From Candidatus Tectiglobus diatomicola (GTDB taxonomy: Bacteria; Pseudomonadota; Alphaproteobacteria; Rhizobiales; Hyphomicrobiaceae): a DNA stretch of 64,000 nt. Positions 40,365 through 54,028 of the stretch are shown piece by piece. Both the position numbers and the translations under genes were made by a program. The stretch covers positions 45,654 through 109,653 of the forward strand of contig JAZDSJ010000006.1 in the NCBI GenBank assembly GCA_039583345.1, in the 5' to 3' direction. Each line of letters opens with the position of its first letter. Positions within the stretch are counted from its first letter, which is position 1. The notes under the pieces were generated by a model. That model was not told where the DNA came from. It saw only the letters and a list, made by a program, of their open reading frames with translations, and searched no databases.

Positions 40365-41522
40365 ATGCTAATTAAACCTCCACGCCTTTGGATCAAAACG
40401 ACTAAACTCACAAACTTTCGTAACTACACTCTTCTCAGCCTAGATACTGATCAACGCCCAGCAGTGTTTATAGGCACTAACGGGGCTGGAAAAACTAATC
40501 TGATTGAGGCTGTTTCGTTACTTTCTCCAGGGAGAGGGTTAAGACGCTCTGCTTATTCTGATCTAGCTAGATGTGGAGGTACGGGAGATTGGGCTGTTGC
40601 GGCAACTTTGTACGTTAACGATGAGAAAACTACCATTGGAACTGGAGTACAACCTGGTAACACTGCTCATAAACGTTCAGGTCGGATTGTAAGAATCAAC
40701 GGTACTTCTCAATCAGGAACAGGTATCCTTGCTAACTACACAGAAATGATCTGGCTCACACCAGCGTCAGATGCTATGTTCACCGGACCTGTATCAGAGC
40801 GCCGCCGTTTTATAGACCGCCTTATTCTTTGCTTCGACCCAGATCATAGTACACGTACTTTGCAATTTGAACGAGCTATGCGCCAACGCAATCGACTTCT
40901 TCATCACGATGGAAATTCATCTCAGCTGAGCGGACTTGAAACAATTATGGCTGAGACTGGGGTAGCAATTTCAGCTGCGCGCCTTGAAGCGGTATTGTCT
41001 TTACGCGCCACAATGCACATCAGACAACAGAAACGATCTGACACACTTTTTCCATTAGCGAAACTTGATCTTGAAGGTGATCTTGAGTGTGCTTTAAAAA
41101 ATAATCCTGCAATTAAAGTTGAAGATTGGTACCGTAATCAGCTGACCATTTCACGTGAAAGCGACCGTGCTGCTGGGCGAACATTAGTAGGGCCACATCG
41201 TAGCGATCTTATTGTCAGCGACGGTTTGAAAGGAATGCTCGCCCGCAACTGTTCAACAGGTGAACAAAAGACTCTACTCATCAGTATTGTTTTAGCGCAT
41301 GCGGAGTTGGTTTCAGAACGCCGTAACGGCATTGCACCTATATTATTGCTTGATGAGATTGCTGCGCATCTCGATAATATGCACCGTGCTGCATTATTTG
41401 ACGACATCCTGCGTATAGGTACGCAGGCGTGGATGACAGGTACCGATTATATAGCATTTTCTCATCTAGAGAATCGAGCGCAGTTTTTCGAAGTCGAGAA
41501 TGGACATATTAAAAGATTATAG
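40365..41522 (+). CDS. recF: DNA replication/repair protein RecF
   Basis: Walker A GTNGAGKTNLIEA, signature STGEQKTLL, Walker B ILLLDEI. The ORF opens at TTG 40350; I prefer ATG 40365. Confidence 0.93.
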   Translation: MLIKPPRLWIKTTKLTNFRNYTLLSLDTDQRPAVFIGTNGAGKTNLIEAVSLLSPGRGLRRSAYSDLARCGGTGDWAVAATLYVNDEKTTIGTGVQPGNTAHKRSGRIVRINGTSQSGTGILANYTEMIWLTPASDAMFTGPVSERRRFIDRLILCFDPDHSTRTLQFERAMRQRNRLLHHDGNSSQLSGLETIMAETGVAISAARLEAVLSLRATMHIRQQKRSDTLFPLAKLDLEGDLECALKNNPAIKVEDWYRNQLTISRESDRAAGRTLVGPHRSDLIVSDGLKGMLARNCSTGEQKTLLISIVLAHAELVSERRNGIAPILLLDEIAAHLDNMHRAALFDDILRIGTQAWMTGTDYIAFSHLENRAQFFEVENGHIKRL

Positions 41523-41660
41523 AATAGTAATTGTACTGTTACTAACTTTCTCACTTTGTCCTAAATACCATGAAAACAAAGACGAAAACATTGTTTATTA
41601 TTCCTCGGCTAGTTAAAAAAACGCATGAAATATGCTAGTGTATTAGAATAATATTAGTAA

Positions 41661-44120
<2,460 letters not shown>

Positions 44121-44472
44121 TACTTAAAGACAATGCTCTTTTTAATAAGCAGATATATCTGAAAGTATTACGTACGTAAGCTTGTGAGCTTACTCCTCAA
44201 AGTCAAATAGAATATGCTAAGTCTCGATATCTTAACACCTTACCCGTTTCATTTTCTGCAAGACATAAAACATTACATTATACTATTTAGAACAAAGTAC
44301 CAACACAAGCTTCAACCACAATACTTAAGTTTATCTAAAATCTATGTTAATTACTGATTTGATTTACATCTGAGCTGTCATGTACTGAGCCGTAAGATAC
44401 GAATCTTGAGATGGCAGCCCTAAGCCTCGTAATTTTTTATGGACTTACAACATAGGCTGTATTAGACCAAAT

Positions 44473-45240
44473 CTAGTCACCTGATTTATCAGGTAAGTTT
44501 TCATATTCATTCAAAGTCGAGGACTTACTTTCATTAGTCACAGTTTGCCGCACACGACGAACTGGTCGCTTTAAAAAATCTGGTGGGGATTCATCTCCTG
44601 TCGAGAAAGCATCTTGTTTCCTATTTTTGTATGCCATTTCATCACTGTTAGAAATTACAGAATCACTATTGAATGATGCTTCGTCATTATTGCTATCACG
44701 TCGGCTTCCATTTCGACGTGAGCGCGTTGAATTTCGTACTGTTACATTATTACTACGTCGTGACCTACGTTCCTGGCGCTCTGAACGTTGTGACAAATCA
44801 GATGATATTTCCTCTTTGGCATCACCGTTCATGGTCACATGTTTTGTTGTGTTATGAGTATGTTTGATTAGCGTTGACTCATCAGTGTTATGAATAATGC
44901 TATCTTCCTCTGTTTCATCAACTTCTTGTGATCGGTTGCGATTTTCATTAGTACCGCTAATACTTTCAACATTTACTGGCTGCTGCTCTCTGTAGATCAT
45001 TATAATACGGTTATAGTGTTCTGCATGCTGTAAATAATTTTCAGCTAAGACGGGATCACCTGATGCAAGAGCATCTCGTGCAAGAGAAATATATTTCTCT
45101 GCGATATGTGAAGGTGTACCCCGTATTTTTATATCTGGCCCACTTGACTCGAAACTTCGTGTCATTGGATTTTGACCTTTACGATTACGGCTACGGCCAC
45201 GACGATTTTGCTGTCCCTGCCTCATAGGCTCCATTCTCAT
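44473..45240 (-). CDS. DUF4167 domain protein
   Basis: 255 aa. Arg-rich N-terminus and the conserved block GPDIKIRGTPSHIAEKYISLARDALASGDPVLAENYLQHAEHY, then a low-complexity Ser/Arg/Asn tail. Confidence 0.8.
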   Translation of the reverse strand: MRMEPMRQGQQNRRGRSRNRKGQNPMTRSFESSGPDIKIRGTPSHIAEKYISLARDALASGDPVLAENYLQHAEHYNRIIMIYREQQPVNVESISGTNENRNRSQEVDETEEDSIIHNTDESTLIKHTHNTTKHVTMNGDAKEEISSDLSQRSERQERRSRRSNNVTVRNSTRSRRNGSRRDSNNDEASFNSDSVISNSDEMAYKNRKQDAFSTGDESPPDFLKRPVRRVRQTVTNESKSSTLNEYENLPDKSGD

Positions 45241-45585
45241 TTACTTAGTTTATTTTCACTCATTAAGTTGCAACGACGTATATATTACTATTGTACGACA
45301 CCGCAATTAAATCTTCAGAGAGTGACTATTCAAAAATATTGCTTGTTTTAATAGTATTAATCATACCAGCATCTCTTTATAAGGAGTTCCCTATGCTGAT
45401 TATAGTTAGCAACAAAAACTACCCATGAAGCTGCCAAAATATTACTAAATAACAAGTTAAGTATTACCAATGTCGCGCAGTTTTTTTACATGCAAAAAAA
45501 GCAATGCACTGCTACGTACATAATATCAGAATAAAGTTAGGGTAGCGGAATGTAAGTATGATTCCAACTCTTTTTCACTTTAAAC

Positions 45586-46473
45586 TTACGAAATTGTCTC
45601 TAAAACTACACAGCGTTTACAACCTGTGAGGTCTTGGTTTACACTTACTAATTTAAGAAAATTATGATTTTCACCTGTTTTTAGAATTTCTATAACTCTG
45701 TCAGTATCGTTGCACGCCGACTCAAAGACGGCAAATCCTTGTGGAACTACACGTTTTAAATCTGCTGCAAGACTGCGATAAGCATTTAAACCATCCGGGC
45801 CACCATCAAGGGCAAGGCGAGGATCATGATTAACAATTTCTATTTGAAGCGAGCTGATATCTTGAGATTTTATGTACGGCGGATTAGAAATAAGCAGATC
45901 AAACTGACCATTAACCTTTTTAAGGTAATCAGATTGTAGCCATGTAACACGACTTTCTAAACCTAGATGAATAGCATTCTTTTGCGCAATTACCAAGGCT
46001 TCACTACATATGTCAACGCCAACTGCAGTCGCATTAGACCTTTCAGCTAATAATGTAAGTATGAGACATCCTGTACCAGTACCAATATCTAGAATGCGCC
46101 ACGCGTGTCTAGGCCCTCGTTTCATCTCCATAATTTGTAAAGCGACATCGATTAGTGTTTCACTATCAGAGCGCGGTTCAAGTGTTTCTGATGACAATAC
46201 GAACTTTCGACCGTAGAATTCCTGCCAACCTCGAATACGTGCGAGCGATTCTCCACTTTTACGTCGTTCCAGCCACGCGCTTATAGTAGCCATTTGTGAT
46301 TTGACTAACTTCATTTGAGGCTGAAGTATAAAATCTTTACTGCAAATAGTTGTCGCATCAATAACTAACTGTCGTGCCTCAAAAATAGGATTACTTATCC
46401 CAATCTTAGTCAATTCAAATACTATTTGTTCTATGACATCAGCAAGCACTGGACTACTATTTGGTAGTATCAT
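45586..46473 (-). CDS. prmC: release factor glutamine N5-methyltransferase
   Basis: SAM site LDIGTGTGC, catalytic NPPY. The ORF opens at TTG 46503 (overlapping prfA). ATG 46473 lies 4 nt after the prfA stop and is preferred. Confidence 0.9.
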   Translation of the reverse strand: MILPNSSPVLADVIEQIVFELTKIGISNPIFEARQLVIDATTICSKDFILQPQMKLVKSQMATISAWLERRKSGESLARIRGWQEFYGRKFVLSSETLEPRSDSETLIDVALQIMEMKRGPRHAWRILDIGTGTGCLILTLLAERSNATAVGVDICSEALVIAQKNAIHLGLESRVTWLQSDYLKKVNGQFDLLISNPPYIKSQDISSLQIEIVNHDPRLALDGGPDGLNAYRSLAADLKRVVPQGFAVFESACNDTDRVIEILKTGENHNFLKLVSVNQDLTGCKRCVVLETIS

Positions 46474-46477
46474 AAGT

Positions 46478-47560
46478 CTACTCGTTCTTTTCCAAAACAG
46501 CAAGCTGTGTCGCCTGGTATTCTGTTACAAGAGCGTCAACTATTTGGTCTACAGCATGACCTGAGAGCATTTCATCAAGTTTATGAAGTGTTAAGTTGAT
46601 GCGATGATCTGTTACACGGCCCTGAGGGAAATTATAAGTTCGGATACGCTGTGATCGATCACCGGAACCAATCTGACCACGCCTAGCCTGAGCCCTATCG
46701 TTTGCTATTTTCTCTCGTTCCATATCATAAAGTCGCGACCTTAAGACTTGCATAGCGTTACGGCGGTTCTGATGTTGTGATTTTTCGCTCGAAATTACTG
46801 TAATTCCAGTAGGTATATGAATAATACGAACAGCCGAATCTGTAGTATTAACATGCTGACCGCCAGCTCCTGAAGCACGCATAGTATCAATACGTAAATC
46901 CTGCTGTCGGATATCGACATCAACCTCATCAGCCTCTGGTAGAACAGCTACTGTTGCAGCAGATGTATGAATGCGCCCGCTTGCTTCTGTCGCAGGTACA
47001 CGTTGTACACGATGCACCCCAGACTCAAATTTAAGTCTAGCAAATACACCGTGACCAGTAATAGAAGCCGTAACTTCTTTATAGCCACCTATATCATTTG
47101 ATGAATGCTCTATAATTTCAACGTTCCATTTTTTTAGTTCAGCGTAGCGTAGATACATTCGAAAAAGGTCTGCTGCAAAAAGTGCCGCTTCATTCCCCCC
47201 AGTTCCAGCACGAACTTCGAGAATCACACTTCTGTCATCAGCTTCATCTTTAGGTAAAAGTTGAACTTTTAATTGTTTCTCTAGATTTTTAATTTTATTT
47301 TCAAGATCACTAAGTTCCTCTTTGGCGAAAGTCATTACCTCTATATCATTTTCGCTATCTGCTAAAACTAATTTAAGATCAGCAATTTCTAGTTGTGCAG
47401 CTTCGAGTTTATGAATTGTACTAATTATAGGATTGAGATTAGAAAATTCCTTTGACAAACGTGCAAATGCTGTGGGATTAACGTTTGCATTCATTTCTTG
47501 TTGCACGAGCTCCCAGCGTTCAACAAGACTGGCTAACTTTTCTTTTGGTAATGAACTCAT
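46478..47560 (-). CDS. prfA: peptide chain release factor 1
   Basis: 360 aa. RF1 tripeptide context VPATE and the GGQ motif ([17 protein letters not shown]). Confidence 0.96.
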   Translation of the reverse strand: MSSLPKEKLASLVERWELVQQEMNANVNPTAFARLSKEFSNLNPIISTIHKLEAAQLEIADLKLVLADSENDIEVMTFAKEELSDLENKIKNLEKQLKVQLLPKDEADDRSVILEVRAGTGGNEAALFAADLFRMYLRYAELKKWNVEIIEHSSNDIGGYKEVTASITGHGVFARLKFESGVHRVQRVPATEASGRIHTSAATVAVLPEADEVDVDIRQQDLRIDTMRASGAGGQHVNTTDSAVRIIHIPTGITVISSEKSQHQNRRNAMQVLRSRLYDMEREKIANDRAQARRGQIGSGDRSQRIRTYNFPQGRVTDHRINLTLHKLDEMLSGHAVDQIVDALVTEYQATQLAVLEKNE

Positions 47561-47649
47561 ATTTATTGCAGTATGTTAAAATTAAAAATTAACGTACATA
47601 TTATCATCAAACAGTATTCCTCACATTTTGCACCTTCATGTGCTTTGAA

Positions 47650-49480
47650 TTCTAGTAAAACTTTCCTTTAAAATCCTATTATAGCTGATGTAATGGAAGA
47701 TAATTTTTAGCATGAGCTAGTTAATAATATGACATATAATAGTTGTATCTCACATCAACCACATAGAATTACAGACAATTTATTACATCCAACAGCCAGC
47801 TGCACTACTAGTGATGTACGAAATACTTCAATTATATATTAATCTTAGCTCAAGTTGGAATTGAAGCTCTTCGGCTTTGAGCATATTGTTTTTCATTTGC
47901 AATTAACATATCAGCTTATTTGATTTGTATAGCTTTAAATACTACTCCAATGTCAAGTATTATTCACTGCATGTCAAATTATGAAATACAACCGGTTTAT
48001 TACTGATATCATCCTATAATAGTTCGGTAGATCTTGACTTATTGATTGATCTTTGGAAGCTTAAAATAAGCTATTAACAAAAATTCTGAACTAAATAAAC
48101 TCATGCTTGTAAGCCCAATATTTTAAAGATGCTCAATGATATTGTATTTAGTTACTACACTTATGTTTATTTTGGTACCATTCTTTGATATTGCTTTTTT
48201 TTCGTAGTTAATAGTAATACTTCACTATAATTTTAATCAAGTTTGATACAAAATATTCGTAATAAGAAGCGTTGAAATTGATCTATCTCATCATCGGAAA
48301 TATGAGAGGTATCACTAAGGGTCAAATATCATGGCTCTCGTCACAATGTCTGATGCATTACGTATCCACTTTTTTCGGAAGTTATTTCTTTAAGTTTAAC
48401 TTTAGGGCAGTTTGGTAGTCAAGAGAGGTCCGGGTTCGACTTCAGAGAATGTTAGTATAATATAAATTGAAGTATTCGAATATTATTGTTATTAGCTCTC
48501 CTTTTAAAATACTTATTAAGTGTTCTGAGATGTTCCAGATTTAAATGAAAACCTTCTTTTTCAAAATTAAACGTTCTATTGCCATATTGGAAAGTAGAAT
48601 AAAAATTTTTAACCTCTGCATCTCTGTCAGTTCATTACAAAGTATTTTTTACATACGGTTTCAATGAAATTTATTGCAGTCAAATAAGTAATAAATCTAT
48701 AGAACATAACAATGTATGCAAGGGAAAGAAACTGTCCTGTATGTACTGACGAAATCGATATTTATTAGATGCTTCTGCGTAGCAGTATCAGTAACACAGT
48801 TTATATAGAGCTTACCGATAAGACAAAATGCATAACTTCACAAAAATCATTAATCATAGCCTGGTCTTAATCAAGATCATTTGTTTTTGCTAAACCTCTA
48901 GAATCTGTAACGGATTCGGAATTGAATTCGTCTTGAAGATTGCTCCCGATTTCTCAAATAAAACAAAGTTTTCATACTAAACAATAGTAATTATTCACAA
49001 AAACTCTTTGTATATCTTCAAATAGCTAAGATATGCATCGGATTGAATCTAGTTACGCCAAGCACTTATGTTCCTTGAAACACAGGCATGGCAATTATAA
49101 AAGATAATGACCTCCTCTACTTTCAGATCGAAATCTTAAAGCTGTTTGATACTACATTATTATGTAAAAGCTTAAGAATATTACTTTGGGATTTAAAATA
49201 ATTAGAAAAAATTTTTGAAATCTTTAATTTACACGAATTTTTATTAGTCATTCCTATGCGTATTGACAGGTCTTCTTCATCAACTAAGTCCGTTTGAATC
49301 TGGTTTACGTCAATACAGAACCCCGTATAATCGTGCGTAAAATATATTTATTGTTTTTTATGTCAGAAATAAAGAAAGTTAAATTTTGTGCTTTTAAAGT
49401 GTCTTAGTAACAACTAAAGGCTATTTAAATGTACTGCTTAGAAAGCAGAACACTAACTAAAAGCTCAGCCTAATTAGCTG
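47650..49480 (-). pseudogene. ptsP: decayed phosphoenolpyruvate-protein phosphotransferase PtsP (EI-Ntr) relic; 5' part truncated, boundaries approximate
   Basis: Minus-strand frames read SYAFCLIGKLYINCV (48793-48837; compare phospho-His motif SHAAIxARxLGIPAV, His codon now TAT). They also read KDQSISQDLPNYY (48016-48054; compare DFxSIGTNDLTQY) and LYFII*HAV (47965-47991; compare LYDxxHPAxL). The His-to-NDL spacing is about 267 codons, as I recall for E. coli PtsP. Many stops are present. The relic sits between lysC and prfA. Confidence 0.55.
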
Positions 49481-50746
49481 TCAACTTTTATCAAGCTTGT
49501 AAAGAGTATGGAGCGTACGTACCGCTAACTCCGCATATTCAGAATGAATTAAAATGCTAATCTTAATCTCAGATGTAGTAATAGCAAGAATATTAATATT
49601 CCTTTTTGCTAATTCTGTAAACATTTGCGCTGCAACACCAGCATGTGAACGCATACCTATCCCAACAACTGAAATCTTTACAACATCATTAGAACTTATT
49701 ATATCGTCGTATCCTATGTGTTGGCGCGCCTCCTCAAGAACTTGTCTAGTACGATCCAGCTCAGCTGATGTTACGGTAAATGTCATGTCTGTACTTTTAC
49801 CATCCGAAGATAGATTTTGAACGATCATATCAACATTAATACTAGCTTTCGCAAGAGGACCAAAAATACTTGCAGCAATTCCTGGCTGATCGGCAATTCG
49901 CTGGACTGTCACCTTAGCTTCATCTTTTGCACAAGCGATTCCACTTACAATCTGTGCTTCCATGATTTCGTCCTCATCACAAACTATTGTACCAATCTTA
50001 TCCCATTGTTCGTTACTCATGACGGCTGGAATTAAACCAGGTTCATAGAAGCTAGAAAGGACTCTTACGCGCATACTGTGTACCATTGCTAATTCCACAG
50101 ATCTCGTCTGTAATACTTTCGACCCTAATGAAGCCATTTCTAACATTTCTTCAAAGGAAACACGCAACATACGCTGTGCTTTCGGAACAATTCTGGGATC
50201 GGCTGTATATATTCCATCAACATCTGTGTAAATATCACAAATATCGGCTTCTAATGAAATTGCTAAAGCAACAGCACTGGTATCTGAGCCACCACGACCT
50301 AGTGTAGCTACACGATTAAATTGAGGTTCAACTCCTTGAAATCCTGTTACTACAGCAACTTCATGTAGCGCAAGACGCTCACGAACTTTTTTACTATCAA
50401 TAAATTTAATGCGCGCTGAACCATGTGCGCTGTCTGTTTCAATAGGGATTTGCCAACCTTGCCACGACCTAGCTTGAACGCCAAACGATTTCAAAATTAT
50501 AGCAAGAAGGCCGGCCGTTATCTGTTCCCCTGAGGCAACTACTGCATCATACTCACTAGCATCATATAATGGCGATGCTTCACGCACCCAATCAATAAGT
50601 TGATTAGTTGTTCCAGACATTGCTGAAACAACTACCGCAACTTCATTTCCAGCATTGTATTCACGCTTTATGTGTCTTGCAGCATTTCGAATACACTCGA
50701 GATTTGCAACTGATGTTCCTCCAAATTTCATGACCAAACGTGCCAT
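49481..50746 (-). CDS. lysC: aspartate kinase
   Basis: VMKFGGTSVA, GRGGSDTSAVALA, and two C-terminal ACT domains. The ORF opens at 50770; I prefer ATG 50746 (MARLVMKFGG). Confidence 0.93.
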   Translation of the reverse strand: MARLVMKFGGTSVANLECIRNAARHIKREYNAGNEVAVVVSAMSGTTNQLIDWVREASPLYDASEYDAVVASGEQITAGLLAIILKSFGVQARSWQGWQIPIETDSAHGSARIKFIDSKKVRERLALHEVAVVTGFQGVEPQFNRVATLGRGGSDTSAVALAISLEADICDIYTDVDGIYTADPRIVPKAQRMLRVSFEEMLEMASLGSKVLQTRSVELAMVHSMRVRVLSSFYEPGLIPAVMSNEQWDKIGTIVCDEDEIMEAQIVSGIACAKDEAKVTVQRIADQPGIAASIFGPLAKASINVDMIVQNLSSDGKSTDMTFTVTSAELDRTRQVLEEARQHIGYDDIISSNDVVKISVVGIGMRSHAGVAAQMFTELAKRNINILAITTSEIKISILIHSEYAELAVRTLHTLYKLDKS

Positions 50747-51019
50747 ATATCTTATTACCTCATCAGTCATTACTTAAGTAACAAACAAAAAGAATTTTTA
50801 ACAGAAAAATTCAAAATCTCAAGTTATCTGGAACTAAAATATAATTCTAAACTATTTGCATACTAGATTGTGTATCATTACAGGATCCGATACTATCTAT
50901 AACGGAAGTTATCTGCAACTTTCATAAGACAGAGGGTATAGAAAATCGCATCTGCAAAACATTCTTCACATTCTTTGTGGTAAAGAATATTTAATAACTC
51001 TAGAAAACCGAATATGTAA

Positions 51020-51781
51020 ATGTCACAACAAAGACTAGTTACATCAAACAATATTGATATCAATGAAATTCAGAATTTTGCAAGTCAGGCAAGTCAATGG
51101 TGGGATCCTGACGGTCCATTCCGGCCTCTGCATCAGATTAATCCCATCAGGCTCAAGTACATACGTAATCAAGCAATACGAAATTTCAAATTAGAACCCA
51201 CTGATCTCAGTCCACTTAGGGGATTGACTTGCTTAGACATCGGCTGTGGCGGCGGACTGATTAGTGAGCCTTTAGCACGCTTAGGTGCAGAAGTCACAGC
51301 TATTGATCCTGCTGAAGAAAATATAGCTACAGCTAAAACTCACGCCTCGCTTTCAGAACTTGATATAAAATATCACTCGTTGACGGCAGAACAACTTGCA
51401 AAAACTAACAGGAGTTTTGATCTAGTAGTGTGCCTTGAAGTAGTTGAGCACGTTCCTAACCCATTGAGATTAATCAGAACAATTTCTAAACTAACTAGCC
51501 CTGATGGTTTAATTATAATATCCACTATTAATAGGACCCTAAAATCCTATGCACTAGCAATACTAGGAGCAGAATATATTTTACGATGGCTTCCAGTTAA
51601 TACCCATCGTTGGGAAAAGTTTATCCGTCCCCATGAATTGCAAACCTTCATAAATCAAATTGGCCTCAGAAGACTTTCCACAATGGGGATCATTTATAAT
51701 CCAGTTCAAGATAAATGGTATTTATCAAAAAATACTGACGTCAACTATTTGACAAGTATTCAAAAACAAGAACGTCCATAA
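51020..51781 (+). CDS. ubiG: bifunctional 3-demethylubiquinol / 2-polyprenyl-6-hydroxyphenol O-methyltransferase
   Basis: 253 aa. FASQASQWWDPDGPFRPLHQINPIRLKYI, SAM site CLDIGCGGGLISEPLA, VCLEVVEHV. Confidence 0.9.
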   Translation: MSQQRLVTSNNIDINEIQNFASQASQWWDPDGPFRPLHQINPIRLKYIRNQAIRNFKLEPTDLSPLRGLTCLDIGCGGGLISEPLARLGAEVTAIDPAEENIATAKTHASLSELDIKYHSLTAEQLAKTNRSFDLVVCLEVVEHVPNPLRLIRTISKLTSPDGLIIISTINRTLKSYALAILGAEYILRWLPVNTHRWEKFIRPHELQTFINQIGLRRLSTMGIIYNPVQDKWYLSKNTDVNYLTSIQKQERP

Positions 51782-51994
51782 TGGTCTTCTAGCAACACTC
51801 AAATAACTGACGAGTATTGTAAAAAATTGAGAGAATTTAGCATTTAATTTAAATTAGGGGACGTGACTTTAATTGCAGTCAATCGATGTTTACATAAATC
51901 TAGTTATTACTTAATAAGGCCGAGAACTGGATTTAAAGTAATATATTCTATAATGAAGGTTTCATATGAACTTAATCAACTAGCAGACACTTTT

Positions 51995-53299
51995 TCAGTT
52001 CGAAACAACTTTAAGAGCCTGGGAAAGATCCGCTATGATATCATTTTTGTCTTCTATTCCTATAGATAGGCGTATGACATTTGAAGCTGCACCAGCCGCA
52101 TCTCGCTCTTGATCATTCAATTGACGATGTGTAGTTGAAGCTGGATGAATTATAAGACTTCGAGTATCACCTATGTTGGCAAGATGACTTAACATAGAAA
52201 CGTTATTAACTAATTGGACACCAGCATTAATACCGCCTTTTAGCCCAAATGTAAAAACAGCTCCTGCGCCCTTAGGACAGATCTTCTTATGTAATTCATA
52301 GTATGGATCGTCTGGAATGCCAGCGTAACTAACCCAAGAAACTTTTCGATGAGCTTTCAAATACGTAGCAACTGCCAATGCATTTTCACAATGGCGTGCC
52401 ATACGCAAAGATAGAGTCTCGCAGCCTGTAAGAATAAGAAAAGCATTGATTGGGGCCAATGCGGGTCCAAGATCACGCAAACCCATGACACGGCATGCTA
52501 CTGAGAGGGAGATATTTCCAAATTTTTCAGCTAATATGATATTATTGTAGGACGAGTTAGGATTTACTAATGTTTTATATGGATGCCTGGCACACAACCA
52601 GTTAAAGGTACCACAATCTACTATTATACCGCCTATAGAGTTGCCATGACCTCCAATAAACTTGGTAAGAGAATGCACCACAATGTCAGCACCGAATTCG
52701 ACTGGTCTACACAGATATGGTGATGCCAAAGTATTATCGACAATAAGGGGAACGCCGATCTCTTTCGCTACTTTAGAACATGCTTCTATATCTATTATTA
52801 CACCACCAGGATTGGCTATGCTCTCAACGAAAATTGCGCGCGTTTTATCTGAAACAACAGACTTAAATGTCTCTGGTTTTGTTGCGTCCGCCCACTTCAC
52901 TTTCCAACCAAATTTTTGATAGGCATGTTTAAATTGATTGATGGAGCCGCCATAAAGTTGTCTTGCACAGATAAACTCGTCATTCTGCTCAAGAAGGGTA
53001 TGAAAAACTAAAAACTCTGCTGCATGCCCAGATGCAACTGCAACCGCGGCCGTCCCACCTTCAAGAGCAGCAACACGTGCTTCCAATACCGCTTGTGTAG
53101 GATTACCAATACGAGTGTATATGTTGCCAAATTCTTCAAGTTCAAACAATGAAGCAGCATGATTCGCGTCATCGAAAACAAATGATGATGTCTGATAGAT
53201 TGGCGTGGCACGCGCCTTTGTTGTGGTATCTGGAGAAGCGCCGGCGTGAACAGCAAGAGTATCAAATTTCTGATTTAATAACCCAAAACTGTTAGGCAT
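51995..53299 (-). CDS. metY: O-acetylhomoserine aminocarboxypropyltransferase (sulfhydrylase)
   Basis: 434 aa Cys/Met-metabolism PLP enzyme. YTRIGNPT, PLP-Lys context VHSLTKFIGGHG, RLSIGIED. Confidence 0.9.
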   Translation of the reverse strand: MPNSFGLLNQKFDTLAVHAGASPDTTTKARATPIYQTSSFVFDDANHAASLFELEEFGNIYTRIGNPTQAVLEARVAALEGGTAAVAVASGHAAEFLVFHTLLEQNDEFICARQLYGGSINQFKHAYQKFGWKVKWADATKPETFKSVVSDKTRAIFVESIANPGGVIIDIEACSKVAKEIGVPLIVDNTLASPYLCRPVEFGADIVVHSLTKFIGGHGNSIGGIIVDCGTFNWLCARHPYKTLVNPNSSYNNIILAEKFGNISLSVACRVMGLRDLGPALAPINAFLILTGCETLSLRMARHCENALAVATYLKAHRKVSWVSYAGIPDDPYYELHKKICPKGAGAVFTFGLKGGINAGVQLVNNVSMLSHLANIGDTRSLIIHPASTTHRQLNDQERDAAGAASNVIRLSIGIEDKNDIIADLSQALKVVSN

Positions 53300-53403
53300 T
53301 TAAGTGTTTCCTTAATTGGTGTGCTCTGACACAGATTAAAAAAAGTTGTATCAACGTTTAAACTTACATTCTCAAGGATACAGAGGGTATGGTGATAACT
53401 GGT

Positions 53404-53820
53404 TTACATTTCGTCTTTCTCAAACTTTAAGGCTAAACCGTTTATACAATACCGAAGCCCTAGTGGCATCGGCCCATCAGAAAAAACATGGCCCAAATGC
53501 GCATCACACGTGGCACAGCATACCTCAGTTCTACATGTAAACGCTGAACAATCTTCATGTTCTGTTACTGCGTAATCATCTATAGGCTTCGTGTAACTCG
53601 GCCATCCAGTTCCGGAATCAAATTTGTCCTGAGACCTAAATAGCGTTGTACCACAGGCAACGCATTTATAAAAACCAGACCGATTCTCATAGTTAAGAGT
53701 GCTTGTAAAAGCAGGCTCTGTGTGCCTCTGACGAACAATGCTATATTGCTCAGGCGTAAGACAAGCGCGCCATTCTATCTCCGACTTTTCTATTTTTAAC
53801 CGAGTTTTTATATAACTCAC
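53404..53820 (-). CDS. msrB: peptide-methionine (R)-S-oxide reductase
   Basis: 138 aa, GTG start. Two CxxC zinc motifs (CVACG, CATCD), GWPSY, catalytic RYCING. Confidence 0.9.
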   Translation of the reverse strand: MSYIKTRLKIEKSEIEWRACLTPEQYSIVRQRHTEPAFTSTLNYENRSGFYKCVACGTTLFRSQDKFDSGTGWPSYTKPIDDYAVTEHEDCSAFTCRTEVCCATCDAHLGHVFSDGPMPLGLRYCINGLALKFEKDEM

Positions 53821-54028
53821 TTAACAAATCCGATCTTTCTAGAGTTTCGCCGAAGCAAAATTAAAAGCCAAGTGTTCTATCACGATGTTTGTAATAACGT
53901 TCCTTATCTTATGAAATAATCATAGATTTATTAAAGCTTAAAACCTAACACAGGAAATTAGCAAATAACGTAAAAGCTACTAAACTGTGATAACTTTCTG
54001 AGTTAATCAAGAACTTGCCCTACACACC

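Noticed and set aside
48405-48440. tRNA-like pieces (CAGTTTGGTAG ... GGTTCGA) inside the ptsP relic region
   Set aside because: The T-stem and acceptor cannot pair, and the anticodon arm is missing. It is not a tRNA or tmRNA gene.
53300-53403. SAM-II (metA-type) riboswitch upstream of metY
   Set aside because: The 104-nt leader shows only a Shine-Dalgarno sequence (AAGGAAAC). I could not find the conserved AAAGCU-containing pseudoknot elements. This needs a covariance-model scan to be certain.
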